Shown: positions 35,472-51,261, numbered from the stretch's first letter. The stretch is DNA of 64,000 nucleotides from Octopus sinensis (GCF_006345805.1 NC_043022.1:24304001-24368000); one strand, 5' to 3'. The notes: a model not told the origin generated them from the letters alone. Translations and numbers: made by a program.

Positions 35472-35724
35472 GCCAGAAACTTGCTGCAAGGCAAGCACAC
35501 AGCAGGAGAGATCTTCAGTGGAAGAATTCTCATCCAATAAGGGTTTTGGCCCTTATTCCAGACACTCTATGGGAGCCAGGCCCATCTAGGTCATGACTCC
35601 TACGTGTGCCCCTGCTGCTTTCCAAAATCCTGTCTCCAGCAGGATCTGAACCTGGGTCATTCTTTTTGCGATCTTGTATTTCCAGGTCTGTGTTTCAGAC
35701 CTCTAGGCCAAACACACACATATA

Positions 35725-35861
35725 TAAGGTTGTCCCAAAAGTTTGTAGAAAGTCTTGGAAAATAATGGTCTTTATTTTGAGGAATAATTTTTGTTGCTTT
35801 TGTTAGTACTTGGCGAGTAAAAATTCAATTTTCGCAAGTGTTTATGAACTTTTGGGACAAC

Positions 35862-35865
<4 letters not shown>
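35725..35865. mobile_element. Mariner mini-MITE (MADE1-like)
   Basis: 17-bp perfect TIR AGGTTGTCCCAAAAGTT / AACTTTTGGGACAACCT with TA flanks. Confidence 0.85.
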
Positions 35866-35900
<35 letters not shown>

Positions 35901-36854
35901 CATCACACTACAATAGTTTACAAAAGAACCTTCAAACCTGGTACCGGTTCCATTCAGTTAGCCATGGTAAAATATCCACCCAATGTCGGTTTCAACAATT
36001 GGACTTACCTAAAAAGAGAAGAAAAATAAAGAATAGTAAAAATTGCTTTGAATTGTTGAAAATCTGAGTCATTCAATAATATTTGGAATTAATTTTGTCT
36101 TTCTTTCTTTTGGAAATCTTGGAATATCTTAGACTATAATTTTCTGCTATGGTTTCTCATGGCTAGACACAACAACAAGCTTTCCACAGAGTAAGTTAGA
36201 GTCAAGTGTACCAACTCCAGTATAAATATTATCATCATCATCATTTAGCATCTACTTTTCTTTTCCATAATTGCATGGGTCCAAAAGAGTTTATTAATGC
36301 AGATTTTCTATAATTGGACGCCCTTCCCATCAACAATTCTCACCAGTTTCCAAGCAAGGTAATAACAACCCATGACCAGATGTTCTCGCAGAATTTGAAC
36401 TCAGAATGTAAAGACAGACAAAATGCCGCTAAGCATTCTGCCTGGTGTGCAAATGATTCTGCCAGCTTGCTGCCTTCAATAATAATAATAATAATAACCC
36501 TTTCTACTAAAGGCATAAGGTTTGAAATTTTGGGGGAGGGGTCTAGTTGATTACATCGACCCCAGTGTTTCACTGGTACTCTACTAACTCTGAAAGGATG
36601 AAAGGGGAAGTGAACCACAGTGGAATCTGAAGGCAGGATATAAGAACAGGTGAAATACTGCTAAGCATTTTGCCCGGCATGCTAACGAAATAATAATAAT
36701 AATGATAAGAGCACCCAGAGAGCTCAAACCTCTGCCGAGGCAACACCAATGTCCTCTTGATGATTAGCCAGAGATGATTTTTAAAATGAGAATATCTGAA
36801 ATAAACTCGACTGCCATCACAAACGAGAATACTAAAAATGAACCCGACCGCTCT

Positions 36855-37076
36855 CAAAAATTAATAAAAAAAGAAAAACAGGAAAAATAATCCAGAATCC
36901 TTGTCTGGTACCAGATCGATTCCAAATCTAATCAGTTTGTGCCAGTCACGAGGCCAAACATCCCTGAAAGTTTCATCAGAATCCATCCAGCGGTTCTTGA
37001 GATATCTTGTCCACAGACAGACAAACAAACACGACTGAAAACAATACCTCTGCCTTTGCTAAGGTGGAGGTGATAA
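36855..37076 (-). mobile_element. Helentron-associated (HINE/DINE-like) non-autonomous element
   Basis: Terminal hairpin ACCTCTGCCTT-TGCT-AAGGTGGAGGT (37046-37071) next to (ACAG/ACAA)n and flanked by a TAA repeat. This layout is typical of such elements. Confidence 0.65.
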
Positions 37077-38323
37077 TAATAATAATAATAATAATGATAA
37101 TAATCCTTTCAACTGCAGGCACAAGGTGTGAAGTTTTGGAAATTCTGCAATCCTGCCAGCTCATTGCCTTTAAATAATAATAGTAATAATCATCATAAAG
37201 TGACATAGTTGTTTAGCCACAGGTCAGTCCAAACTGAGCACACCTGTGATCAAATGTATTCCATCTATGACCATCCTGCCATTTTGTATGTCCAATACAC
37301 CTGGTTGTCCAATGTATACTTCCCTTTTTATATTGTAATAAGGATATTCTGCTATTTCTAGTAAATCCAGTGATCAAGTATGGGCCCATGGTCTTGTTGT
37401 CGATGATGCTGCTGGTGATGTTGTTGGTGTAAGGTCTGAGACATGCAACTGCTCTATTTCAACAGAACAAACTACAATAGCAATTAATTCATTGCCGTGA
37501 TCCACTGTTCCACTCAGCCACTCCACTGAAGATGAGAGCGTGTGTGTGTAGGAGGTGGAGAAGATCAGATCAGATCAGACTTTGAAGATTCACTTGACAG
37601 GATGTTACTGTGACCCCCATCATCCATACCCTGTCCATTTCCTGATGGACAGGTCAAGGTTGCAAAGCCCTAGCCATCAGCTCCTTATTCAGCTGCTAGT
37701 CTCATCCATTGAGACACACACACAAAAAAAAGTGGAGGGGGGGTATCTTCAACATATAATATTGCCTATGATTCATAATGATTCCAGTTTTCTACTTCAC
37801 AGCTTCCTAATAGCATAACAGTCGTGTTATATCTAAGTTTATACATATAATAAAACACACACACACACATCAACATACATACACGTCTTTATAAACACAG
37901 ACACATTTACACAAACATACATATATACATTTATGCGCGTGTATACAAATGCATGCATACTCGCATGTGTATTTCCTATATTTACTTTATAAATACATGC
38001 CTGTGTATATTATCTCTGTGCAACACGCGTGTGCATGCTGCATATATTCATGTGCATACAATAAAACAGCAGCTTACCCTTTCAACCTTGCAGTAAGCCA
38101 CAATGTATTCAATAGCGTGTTGTGACAGGAAAAAAAACAAATCCCCCCAAAATGCATAGAGACACACATTATTATTATTATTATTATCATCATCATCATC
38201 ATTTATATTAACCGGATCATGAGAGACAGAAAGCAGATACAGTATAGATTAGCAGTGAAGGAAATGGATTTCATATGGTAATTTACTATTTCCTTTCTCT
38301 CTCTCTCTCTTTCTCAATATAAA

Positions 38324-38329
<6 letters not shown>

Positions 38330-38354
<25 letters not shown>

Positions 38355-38700
38355 ATGCACATGCATGGTATGTGTACAAAGATGTATGTATATAGGTATG
38401 TGTGTGTCTATGTGCATATGTATAAAAGTGTGCAGATGTGTGTGTGTGCACGCATATAAATATATATATATATACATACACACACATATACATACACACA
38501 CATATATTCACACATATATACATACACACATATATACATACATATATACATACATACACACACACACATATATACATACACACACACACATATACACATA
38601 CACACACACACATATATACACACACACACATATATACATACACACACACACATATATACACACACACACACACATATATGCATATTCATACATGTGTGTG
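38330..38700. repeat. (TG)n/(CA,TA)n compound microsatellite
   Basis: Read directly. Confidence 0.95.
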
Positions 38701-40285
38701 CATATGGCTGTGAGCAAGAAATGAAAACGAAACAAACTAACAAAATAAAAAAAAAAAAAAAAGAAAGATGTATCACACAACATAACAGTGAAGAGATAAC
38801 ATATGGTGAAATAAACACTGAGAGGATATCATATCATAAACAGCACCCGATAGCAATAGGAGAAATGCAAGAGAATAAGTATGTGTGTGTGTGTGTGTGA
38901 GTGTAGTATATGTGTGTGTGTGTGAGTGTAAGGTGTGTGTGTGTGTGTGTGTGTGTGGTAGTGGGGGAATAAATAAAATAATAACCCCCATAGCTGTTTG
39001 AATATCAAATAGCAGGAAGAAGTACACAGCAAGGTAACTAATGCCGGAGGTATCAGCTATCTGGAGGCAAGTGCTAAATGAAAACATTCATCGCAATAAA
39101 TCACACACAGAAATTGCCAGCTCTCTTGATGGCTCCTTTATCATCATTACATATCGTATAGGTGGCAGCAGGCGCAGCTAAACAGACACGGCTTGCAACA
39201 GCGAAAAAGGATGGAAGGGGTAAGGGTGAAGCGGTGGCAGTTAGATTGCAACCTAATTGCAGATATATAACTTTGATCTAATCAATAAATTTGGCGATAG
39301 AGTTTCGGTGCAAAATTCTTCTTATATATTAGCCACAGCTTTCAGGTTTTAATGCTAAAATTAACATTTCAATCAATAAGAGGAAATGTTGTTGTTGTTG
39401 TTATTATTATTATTATTATTGGACAACAAGTAGTTCATACTAAACACACAAGAGCACTAAAACAGTTTGACTTTGATTACAGCTGATCTGACTATTTGTG
39501 CTTCTTCGTCTTTTGTAGTTTAGTAACAGAAGACAGAGCACTGCAAGTGACTTTTACAGGGCACCAAGATTAGTCAGGAAGAATATATAAAAAAACCTGG
39601 TATGGAGGCTTGCAATTCCTCAAAAGACACCCAAGGGTCAGACAGTATCTGGCAGAAACGTTAGCACACAGGGCGAAAGGCGTAGCTGCATTTCGTCTGA
39701 GTTCAAATTCCGCCAAGGTCGACTTTGCCTTTCATCCTTTCGGGGTCGATAAATTAAGTACCAGTTACGCACTGGGGGTGATATAATTGGCTTAATCCGT
39801 TTGTCTGTCCTTGTTTGTCTCCCCTATGTTTAGCCTCTTGTGGGTAATAAAGAAACAAGTATCATACCACATGAAGGATTAAGATTTGTTGTTGCTTGTC
39901 TACCTCAGGTTTTTTGGTAGGACAGGTGTCAAACTAGAAGCCGGAGCCAGAGGGGAAGTAAAAGATCGGAGTATGACAGGATCAAATTGGGAGAACAGCT
40001 AAACTAAATTTCATAGGATGGAACTCTATATCGTAGAGTAGGACAAGGGAATGCAGAAGACATGCTCTCTTATACAGAATCACAGCCAAGATTTACAGAA
40101 CATGAAAAGTGACAAAAGAGAAGCTTTTCCGATAGAATCACATCTAAAACTCAGAACATAGAGAAGACAAAGAGAAGCTACATGAAACATACCCAAAACC
40201 TACACTCAGAATATGCAGAGTGGCAAAAGAGAAGCTGGGGTATGTACAACACACAAGAGCAGAGGGTACTTAAAATATAAAACGC

Positions 40286-40612
40286 AGATCTTTTCGGTTT
40301 GAACAGCAGTTTTTAACATAATTTCTAGGTAACTAAAAAATTTTAAATTTCGTATACTGGTAGAATGTGTTTATAAAACAGCATTTTCTCTTGGCTTTAT
40401 TGAGAAAATTTCTTGCATTTTGGCAATTTTAACCAATCACTGGTGACTATGGAGTTAAAAAGCATTCTGTGCCGTGGGTTTATTTACATTTGTGAAGAAA
40501 AAAAGATACCCTTCTCCCACCCCTAACCCTAAATCTAAAATAGATTGAAATGCAATAGATCGATACTAGGGTCATAATTATGGGTGACAATTTCATATGA
40601 CACCGCTAGAGA
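40286..40612. mobile_element. GGATC-TIR MITE, right end truncated
   Basis: Left TIR AGATCTTTTCGGTTTGAACAGCAG and family body. It ends at GACACCGCTAGA, where a SINE fragment begins. Confidence 0.8.
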
Positions 40613-40880
40613 AAATGGCAAATTGCTAAGTTACAGGGACACAAACACACTAACACCAGTTGTCAAGCAGAGGCGAGGGACAAACGCAGACACACACACG
40701 ACAGTCTTCTTTCAGTTTCTGTCTACCAAATCCATTGAAAGCATTGATTGGCCTGAGGTTATAGTAGAAGGCACTTGCCCAAGGTGCCATGCAGTGGAAC
40801 TGAACACAGAACTATGTGGTTGTAAAGTAAGTCTCTTACCGCACAGCCACACCTGCGCCTATATGTATGGACAGGGTATA

Positions 40881-41115
40881 GGTGGCGAGTTGACAGAAAC
40901 GTTAGCATGCCAGGCGAAATGCGTAGCCGTATTTTGTCTGCCGTTACGTTCTGAGTTCAAATTCCGCCGAGGTCGACTTTGCCTTTCATCCTTTCGGGGT
41001 CGATAAATAAAGTACCAGTCACGCACTGGGGGTCGATGTAATCGACTTAATCCGTTTTTGTCTGTCCTTGTTTGTCCCCTCTGTGTTTAGCCCCCTTGTG
41101 GGTAGCAAAGAAATA
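40881..41115 (+). mobile_element. SINE family B full-length monomer
   Basis: Head GGTGGCGAGTTGACAGAAACGTTAGC, B box, and tail GCAAAGAAATA. Other monomers at about 39652-39856, 55648-55868 and 56873-57000. Confidence 0.88.
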
Positions 41116-43705
41116 TATATGTACGGACGGTGGGGGGGGGCGAACAGATGCTAAAGTGATTAAAAAGAAAACAAATGCAAAAACAGCCACACTGTGCACT
41201 CCCCCCCCACCACCACTACTCTAATCAATATGATTCCCTACGTCACTGCCAACTTCTGCCACTACACTAATACAGAAACCATATAACTGTCCCAAATACA
41301 AGATATTGACATAAAATGACATTTACATTTGGATTAAGGTAGCAAATTAAAAAACAATGTACACCAATTTATAGAGTAATCATGGCGAAGGTCAGAGAGG
41401 GAGGCAGAGGGGTTAGAAGCAACCACATACATCAAAAAGGCAGGAAAAGAAATCAATGGTTTGAGACAGTACTCTTCACTAGTTTTCTGCCAAATCCTTC
41501 AAGGATATTTAATATTATATCATGATGATGACAAACATTTTCTCTATAAACTACTGATGACGCCTTAGATAAGTTCGTCTCTGAAGATTTCCAGTGAATC
41601 GGTAACTATGAGCTATTAATTGTACAGCTGACTGGACTGTCTATTCCCACAGAACTGATTACAAACACAAAAGAATGACAGAAAGAAAAAGAGAGGCGAA
41701 GAGAAGAAAAACATGAAAAGAAATGTAAATCATTGTGGTAAAGAGGTGGTAGGTTAAGACAGCGCAGTGCTTTATGTAAGATTAAACTTAAAAGTTTATC
41801 GTTTCGTAATGATAATAGATCTACTACTGCAGGGTTTCATATGGCGCCGGTGGATAGTTCTGCAGATGCTAAGTGAATCATCATCATCCCTCGATGTTCA
41901 TTTCCCATGCTAGCATGGGTCGGACGGTTTGATAAGGAGCTGGTAAGATAGGAGGGGCTGCACCAGGCCCCATTGTTTCTTCTGGGCTTGGTTTCTGTGG
42001 CCGGATCATCATCATCATCATTATTGTTTAATGTCTGCCTTCCATGCTGGCATGGGTTGGACGATTTGACAGGAGCTGGGGAGGCAGGAGAATACACCAG
42101 ACTTCTGTGTCTGCTTTGACAAGGTTTCTGTGGCTGGATGCCCTTCCTAATGCCCACCGCTTTACAGAGTGTACTGGGTGCTTTTTATGTGGCACCAGTT
42201 CCAATGCTTTTTATTTGGAACCAGCACCAGTGCTTTTTTATGTAGCACTGAATTGGAGGCAAATATCTCCCTGGCTACAACAGAGATGTCTGATTTAAGC
42301 ACAAGGTCAGCAATTTTAAGGGGAGATGGCTACACAATACCCTCAACCTCCAGTTGAGCACTGGAGTTGATGTAATCAACTTAATCCCATCCCTGAAATT
42401 GCTGGCCTTGTGCCAAAATTTGAAACTATTATCATTAAGGCATCGAGCAGGCAGAGTTGTTTGCACGATAGAAAAAAAAAAACGCTTAGTGGTATTTATT
42501 CCAGCTTTACATTCTGAGTTCAAATCCCATCAAGGTCAGCTTTGCTTTTTATTCTTTCAGGATCAATAAAATAAGTACCAGTCATGTACTGGGGTTGATG
42601 TAAGCGACTAGCCACCCCACCTCCTCCTCCCTCAAAATTTCAGTCCATGTGTCTGAAAGTAAAAAGGATTATTATTTTATTGTTTAAGGCGGCTAGCTTC
42701 CAGAATTGTTAGCCTGTTGGACAAAATGTTTAGTGGTAAATCTTCTGGCCTTATGTTCTGAGTTCAAATTGATCTTGGCCAACAGCCAGATCCATCCCAC
42801 AAATGACAACAGCTATTTGTCAAAACTCTGCAAGTGAAATAAATAATAATGGCAAAGTATTATGGATATAAGTGAGCCATCCAAGTAGTTCTTTTAAAAA
42901 CTGCGTTATCTTAAAAGGAAACACCAGAAATTAACCCTAATTAATTCCTCTGGATAACGGTTATTAAAACAGGTGGAACCGTCAGAGCTTCCACATCAAA
43001 GTACTTTCTGATTTAATGAGCTACTAAAAACGAGGTAGGTGTTTGATAGTGCTGCTTTGCTATACCAGAGATTACGACAGTTAAAAGCTGAAAGCTGTAC
43101 AAAGTACATGTACGAAACACAGCAAGAACTTGAAGAGAAAGAAGTTGGGGAGGAGGGGGGGGCAGTACCCCACCACCACCACCACACCTCCACGAACCAA
43201 GCAAGACAATAAAAGCAAGAGCAAATAGCTATGAAGAAAAATTTATGGTAAAGGATGTAAAATCTCTATTTGAATAGAGTAAAGCCTAGAAAGAAGTGTG
43301 TATTAGTTTGTTTGATGGTAATTTATGACTGTCGTTGGTGGCCACCACATTGAGAGATAAACTAACTTCCTAGATTGTTTTTAGAAAAGAGAAAGAAAAA
43401 AGAAGGAGGCGGTGGAGGTGTGGATAGATACAAGGATATTTCTTCAAGGTATGTATTAACATTTTATAACTGACACTGGAGTATTTTTAGTAAGACATTG
43501 GAAACTGGCTGGCAACAGATTCGTTTCGCTCAAGCACTACTGTGTATGTATATGCATACGCTTGAAACTGTGTGTGCATATATACATCATATTTTTGTAT
43601 ATGTATATATGTAATGTATACCTCTGTGTAAGTATGCAGGTGTGTGTGTTTAAGTGTATATATATATATATATAATAACAAAATAATAAATAAAACATAT
43701 GCATA

Positions 43706-44085
43706 GGCACAGGAGTGGCTGTGTGGTAAGTAACTTGTTTACCAACCACATGGTTCCGGGTTCAGTCCCACTGCGTGGCACCTTGGGCAAGTGTCTTCTA
43801 TAGCCTCGGGCCGACCAAAGCCTTGTGAGTGGATTTGGTAGACAGAAACTGAAAGAAACCCGTTGTATATATATATATATATATATGCGTGTGTGTGTTT
43901 GTCCCCCTAGCATTGCTTGACAACCAATGCTGGTGTGTTTATGTCCCCGTTATTTAGCGGTTCGGCAAAAGAGACCGATAGAATAAGTACTGGGCTTACA
44001 AAAGAATAAGTCCCGGGGTCGAGTTGCTCGATTAAAGGCGGTGCTCCAGCATGGCCGCAGTCAAATGACTGAAACAAGTAAAAGA
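43706..44085 (+). mobile_element. SINE family A, near full length
   Basis: Canonical head, core-like motif and tail. Confidence 0.92.
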
Positions 44086-44759
44086 ATACATACATACATA
44101 TATGTACGTACCTACATCTATATGTAGATATATATACATGCATATATGGGTACAGGACACCAAAAAAATGTCAAACACAATGAGAAACGAAAACATAAAC
44201 ACAAAACTAAGGAACTGGACATTTTTCTTAAACAACGAACAAATAGAGTACAGGACATACAACACAAGAAACATTCCCCTTCTTCAGCCGCCTCTGTTTC
44301 ATCTACTCCGCATTTCGTATATATATATATATACATACACACACACTGGTACAGCCATGCACACACGTGTGTATGTGTGTGTGTGTGATATCAGTTTATT
44401 TTTTCACTTGGTTTAGTCACTGAACTGCAACCATATTGAGGTACTGCCTAGAAGGTACTTATTTTATTGGTCTGCTTTTGCTAAACTGCTAAGTTACAGG
44501 GGAGGTAACATACACACACACACACACACACACACACGTAGCAAGCTTCCATGCATTTTCAATCTAACAATTTCACCCAGTTCTCTTGAGCCTAAAAACT
44601 TGATTACATAAAATTTAGTCTGGTATCCAAGGCATTAAAATCCTTTTGATACCAACCCACCCGAGACTGTGCTTGCCTCTATGATACAAACTCCATTTTA
44701 AAGAGATTTAAATGAAAACTTCCCATCAAAATTTCATGTTGATTTATGATCCAAATACC

Positions 44760-44944
44760 TATTTCTTTATTACCCACAAGGGGCTAAACATAGAGGGGAC
44801 AAACAAGGACAGACATAGGTATTAAGTCGATTAGATCGATCCCCAGTGCGTCACTGGTACTTAATTTATTGACCCCGAAAGGATGAAAGGCAAAGTCAAC
44901 CTCGGCGGAATTTGAACTCAGAACGTAGCGACAGACGAAATACC
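44760..44944 (-). mobile_element. Headless unit-length SINE family B monomer bounded by the multimer junction at both ends
   Basis: AAATACC|TATTTC at 44753-44765 and GAAATACC|TATT at 44937-44948. Confidence 0.85.
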
Positions 44945-45458
44945 TATTGGAATGTGGTAAACATCCAAGACATAAACCAAAGAGATGTCTTAGGGATGCC
45001 TTCAAAAGTAGCCGTAACTCATTAACATCCAGATTATTGTCTCAGATGTAATGCTTATCTATTCATATTGTTTTCAATTAATCATGCATTATCTTGTAGC
45101 CTTGAGATTTCGATGAAGTGGTTGTTTATTTTAAGAATGAAATTACAAGGTAAATGGCAGAGGCCAAAACTTGTCAGTTTGAACATAAAACAGGTAGAAT
45201 ATTTTGGCAGGATATGGCAGGTTACACGGCTAAATGGATAAAGATCTTAGTGTGAATATTGGCTTCAAATTTTGACACAAGGCCAGCAATTTCAGGTCGA
45301 TTACATTGACTCCAGTGCTCAACTGGTAATTATTTTATTAGCCCTGAAAGCATAAAAGGCAAAATTGACCCTGGCTGGATTTGAACTTAGGATGTAAAGA
45401 CAGGCAAAATACCGTTAAGCATTTCATTAACGATTCTACTTGATCACTACCTTATGAA

Positions 45459-45702
45459 GGAGTTGTGAATACTGAAAACTGGGAACAGTTGACAGAAGAC
45501 TGATTGGTTTCGAAAAGAGTGATCTACAATGGTTTGTTAAGCATTTGATATGCAGAGAATTGAGCAATCCATCTTGAAACAAGCACTTCATAAACAGGAC
45601 TTGGCTTCAGTCCCAGACACTTTCCAGCCTGAAAATATTTGTAACATCTGCTGTAGGATCCCATCTGTCAAAGCTGGACTTACTAGTTATATGAGTTCTC
45701 AG
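45459..45702 (+). pseudogene. Degenerate C-terminus of RTE-clade LINE ORF2
   Basis: GVVNTENWEQLTED*LVSKRVIYNG /frameshift/ AFDMQRIEQSILKQALHKQDL...NICNICCRIPSVKAGLTSYMSS. This matches the recalled RTE pattern WExLAxDRxxWRxxVxxG...CxxCxRxCxSxxGLxSH. Confidence 0.75.
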
Positions 45703-45781
45703 GATGGCATTTATGAAATGGAAGAGATGGCAATTACTACATGTGCGTGTGAATGTATGTATGGAGAGGTGTATGTATTAA

Positions 45782-46085
45782 TCATCATCATCATCATCGT
45801 TTAGCATCCGCTTTCCATGCTAGCATGGGTTGGACGGTTCAACTGGGGTCTGGGAAGCCAGAAGGCTGCACCAGGCCCAGTCTGATCTGGCAATGTTTCT
45901 ACGGCTGGATGCTCTTCCTAACGCCAACCATTCCGTGAGTGGAGTGGGTGCTTTTTACGTGCCACCAGCACAGAGGCCAGTCGGGGCGGCGCTGGCAACA
46001 GCCACGTTTGGATGGTTCTCTTATGTGCCACTGGCACTGGTATCACAGCTACAATGTCCATTGATGTTGATCGATTTTGATTTTG
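45782..46085 (-). mobile_element. SINE family C
   Basis: (CAT)n tail, CCATGCTAGCATGG and GGATGCTCTTCCTAACGCCAACC. Confidence 0.85.
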
Positions 46086-47267
46086 ATGTGTTTGTTTAAA
46101 TAAGCACACCACAAAAATTGCAAGCCACAAATGGTGGTGTTGCTGTTGTTCTTGTTACATTTCCTGCCAACAAACTGTCTGCTCACTTTGCACCTTTGAA
46201 GACACCAGATAAGATCTCTGATATGTAAAACAGGTTACAGTTAGGAACAGGAAGAGCATCCAACAGAAAAACAACACCTCATATATTCACCTAACCCATG
46301 CCAGCATGGAAAAATTGGATATAGAAACTAACAAAAGGATTAATTATGTACACTACTGTCTTAGTTATGACCAATTTTAAACATGGAGCACTTTGTGATA
46401 ATATAACCCAAGAGAAGCATATCCAGATTATGTGACTAGGAACATGTAGATCTTAATCCATACTCTCTGTGTGTGTTGGATGAGAAAGAGAGGCATAATT
46501 ACTGTGGTTATCCAGTGCATATGTTTAGGACATGATAGGAGGATCCTAAGAGACCATCCTCATACCCAAGAGACCTCCACTCAGCTGAATTAACAACCAA
46601 ATGGAAGTTCAGATACCATAACATACTCTGCAGGGACTCTTTAAGCAATACCATAAAAGTGTTTCTCTAATTCATAAACACACACACACTGAGTGGATGT
46701 TGGTTGGTGGGTGGATGGTTGTAAAGAGGATGGCCCAGAAGAGTGGTAGATAATGGGTCCAGTAAAAGGCGCGGGGGGGGGGACAAGACATGGTGATGAG
46801 ATATGAAAGAGTAGGGGATTAAGAGGGGCTGGAGGGGAGGCAGTAGAATATGGGGAAGGGTTAGAATGAGACATCAGAAAAGAGGAAGCAGAGACAATCA
46901 AAGAGTGTGTGTGTACATATGAATGTGTGTATTTATATCCCTTTTTTCTTTACTTTTATTCATTTCACTCATTTGACCGTGGCCATGCTGGGGCACCACC
47001 ATGAAGGATTAAGTCAAATTACCCTCAGTACTTAATATTAAGTATTGGTTTCTATTGGTTTCTTTCGATCAACTTTAAGGTTACAAGGATGTAAATAAAC
47101 CAAGTCAAGCAGCGGGGATGGGAGCAAGCATGATTTTAATCACTTAGTCAGCATTTAGTTCATAATTTCAGGGCTAGTAAGATGAAGTACCAGTCAAGTA
47201 CTGGGGAAAAGGATGTAGACAACTAACACCTACCATTAAAATTACTGGTCTTTTGCTGGAACTATTA

Positions 47268-47655
47268 CTCTTTTACTTGTTTCAGTCATTTGACTGTGAC
47301 CATACTGGAGCACCGCATTAGTTGAACAAATTGACCCCAGGACTTATTCTTTGTGAGCCTAGTACTTATTCTATCAGTCTCTTTTGCCAAACTGCTAAGT
47401 TACAGGGATGTAAACACACCAGCATCAGTTGTCAAGTGATGTTGGGTGGACAAACACAGACACACAAATATATACACACACATACATATATACGACAGGC
47501 TTCTTTCAGTTTCCGTCTACCAAATCCACTCACAAGGCTTTGGTTGGCCCAAGGCTATAGTAGAAAACACTTGCGCAAGGTGTCACGCAATGGGACTGAA
47601 CCAGGAACCATGTGGTTGGGAAGCAAACATGTTACCACACAGCCATGCCTGTGCC
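47268..47655 (-). mobile_element. SINE family A
   Basis: Reverse complement of the canonical layout. Confidence 0.88.
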
Positions 47656-47669
47656 TATGTGTATATATG

Positions 47670-49265
<1,596 letters not shown>

Positions 49266-49547
49266 TACAATATACAGGGAGAGAGAGTGGGGGTGACTAA
49301 AGGGAGAAAGATTTAAGAGCAGGGATTGATTGTAATCAGTATCCTTTTGCTAAACATAACATTTCATATCCATGTGTGCGCTGGAATATGTAACTACATT
49401 TACATATCCCAAACACACATATCTGTCTGTGAATCTGTCCTGCCTATATCTTACTTTTATCTTATATTTGTTACAGCTACCACACTGAGGCACAGCCTTG
49501 AAAAAATTTTTAGTCCGGTGAATCGACCCCACTCTCTCTCTCTTTTA

Positions 49548-49932
49548 CTCTTTTACTTGTTTCAGTCATTTGACTGTAGCCATGCTGGAGCACTGCCTTT
49601 AGTCGAGCAAATCGACCCCAGGACTTATTCTTTGTAAGCCTAGTACTTATTCTATCGGTCTATTTTGCCGAACCGCTAAGTTACGGGGACGTAAACACAC
49701 CAGCATCGGTTGTCAAGTGATGTTGGGACACACACACACACACACATACACATATATATATATACATATATACGACAGGCTTCTTTCAGTTTCCGTCTAC
49801 CAAATCCACTCACAAGGCTTTGGTGGGCCCGAGGCTATAGTAGAAGACACTTGCCCAAGGTGCCATGCAGTGGGACTGAACCTGGAACCATGTGGTTGGT
49901 AAGCAAGCTACTTACCACACAGCCACTCCTGC
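49548..49932 (-). mobile_element. SINE family A, near full length
   Basis: Reverse complement of the canonical layout. Confidence 0.92.
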
Positions 49933-51261
49933 TTTTTTTTTTTAAGGGCTAACACTTATTCTTTTGATCTGTTTTGCTGAACCCCTATATTACAGGGACT
50001 TAAATACACCAAGCAGTTGTGGGGGACCAACACAGGCACATACACATATGTATATATGATAGGCTTCTTTCACTTTCCATCTACCAAATACACTCACAAG
50101 GCTTTGGTGGGCCCGAGGCTATATAGCAGGAGACATTTGCCCAAGGTGCCACACAGTGGGACTGGACCTGTCGTATATGTGTGTGTGTGTGTGTGTGGTC
50201 TTTGTATCTGTATTTGCCCCCCCACTTGACAACTGGTTTTGGTTTGTTTATGTCTCTGTAACTTAGCAGTTTGGCAAAAAGAGACTCATAGACTAAGAAC
50301 CAGGCTTTAAAAAGAAATAAATACTGGGGTTGATTCATTTGATTTTAAAAAATTCTTCAAGGCTGTGCCCCAGCATGGCCACAGTCTAATGACTGAAACA
50401 AGTAAACAATAAAAGATGTGTGTGTGTATATACATCTACTGCATGTAAATATACACACAGATCTACCACAACACTACTAGAGCCACCACAAACACTACAA
50501 CCACCACCACCACAGAACTATCACTACAACACTGCTACAGCTACCTGGACGCTGGTAATATTTCTATCAACAACATCCGACAAACAAGTGTAAAAATATG
50601 AAATATGATGTTGCAATGTACTTCGGAGTCAATTAAAAAGAAATAGCAGGAGGAATGGTGGTGGGGGTGGTGGGGATGTTGCCCAATAAACAGAAACACG
50701 ATTAAAACAGTTTCATCATGAAATATTTTCTTAATGACTTGGCTTTTACTTCGTTTCCCGGTGCAATTAGTTTCTGAACAAAGGAGCGAATCACAGAGGG
50801 TGGCCATCAGACAAATCCTTCATCATTTCTTTCAGCCTTCTAACAGTGGTGGTCATGCTGGGGCATCATTTTGAAGGGTTTAGTAGAATAAATCAATAGC
50901 AGTACTTTTATTTTTAGGGCCCTGCTACTCATTCTATCAGTCTCTTTTGCCAAGGGACATAAAATGAAGTACCAGTTGAGCACTGGAGTCAGTGTAACTG
51001 ACTTAATCCTCCCCTTAAAATTGCTGGCCTTGTGCTGAAATTTGAAACCATTATATGTATGTGTGTGTGTGTGTGTTTGCTTCATCAAGACTCACCCTGG
51101 AGTTGGACAGCAACAACAGTAACACGCCAAGGGGGGCCTTGAAATAATTGATTGACCTGCAAGAAGTAGCAGTCAAACTGTCTTCACATCATTCGATAAA
51201 TGAATGTATTGTCAAAGTAGAAGTCTGACCAAGGGATAAACAACAACAAACAACAAAGGGG

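Noticed and set aside
37630-37653. Perfect 9-bp hairpin CCTGTCCAT-TTCCTG-ATGGACAGG
   Set aside because: An isolated short stem is expected by chance in 64 kb, and there is no supporting context.
38078-38086. Possible 9-nt minus-strand microexon (TGCAAG|GTTGAAAGG|GTAAGC) after an AG-free stretch
   Set aside because: The AAG acceptor is weak, and such short matches arise by chance. It needs junction reads.
39162-39218. 57-nt plus-strand exon-like segment (VAAGAAKQTRLATAKRMEG) bounded by TAG and GTAAGG
   Set aside because: Weak polypyrimidine tract, no recognisable homology, and the opposite strand to the better exon candidates.
43039-43212. Open plus-strand frame VFDSAALLYQRLRQLKAESCTKYMYETQQELEEKEV...
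   Set aside because: No start codon or good acceptor upstream, it ends in low-complexity sequence, and no family was recognised.
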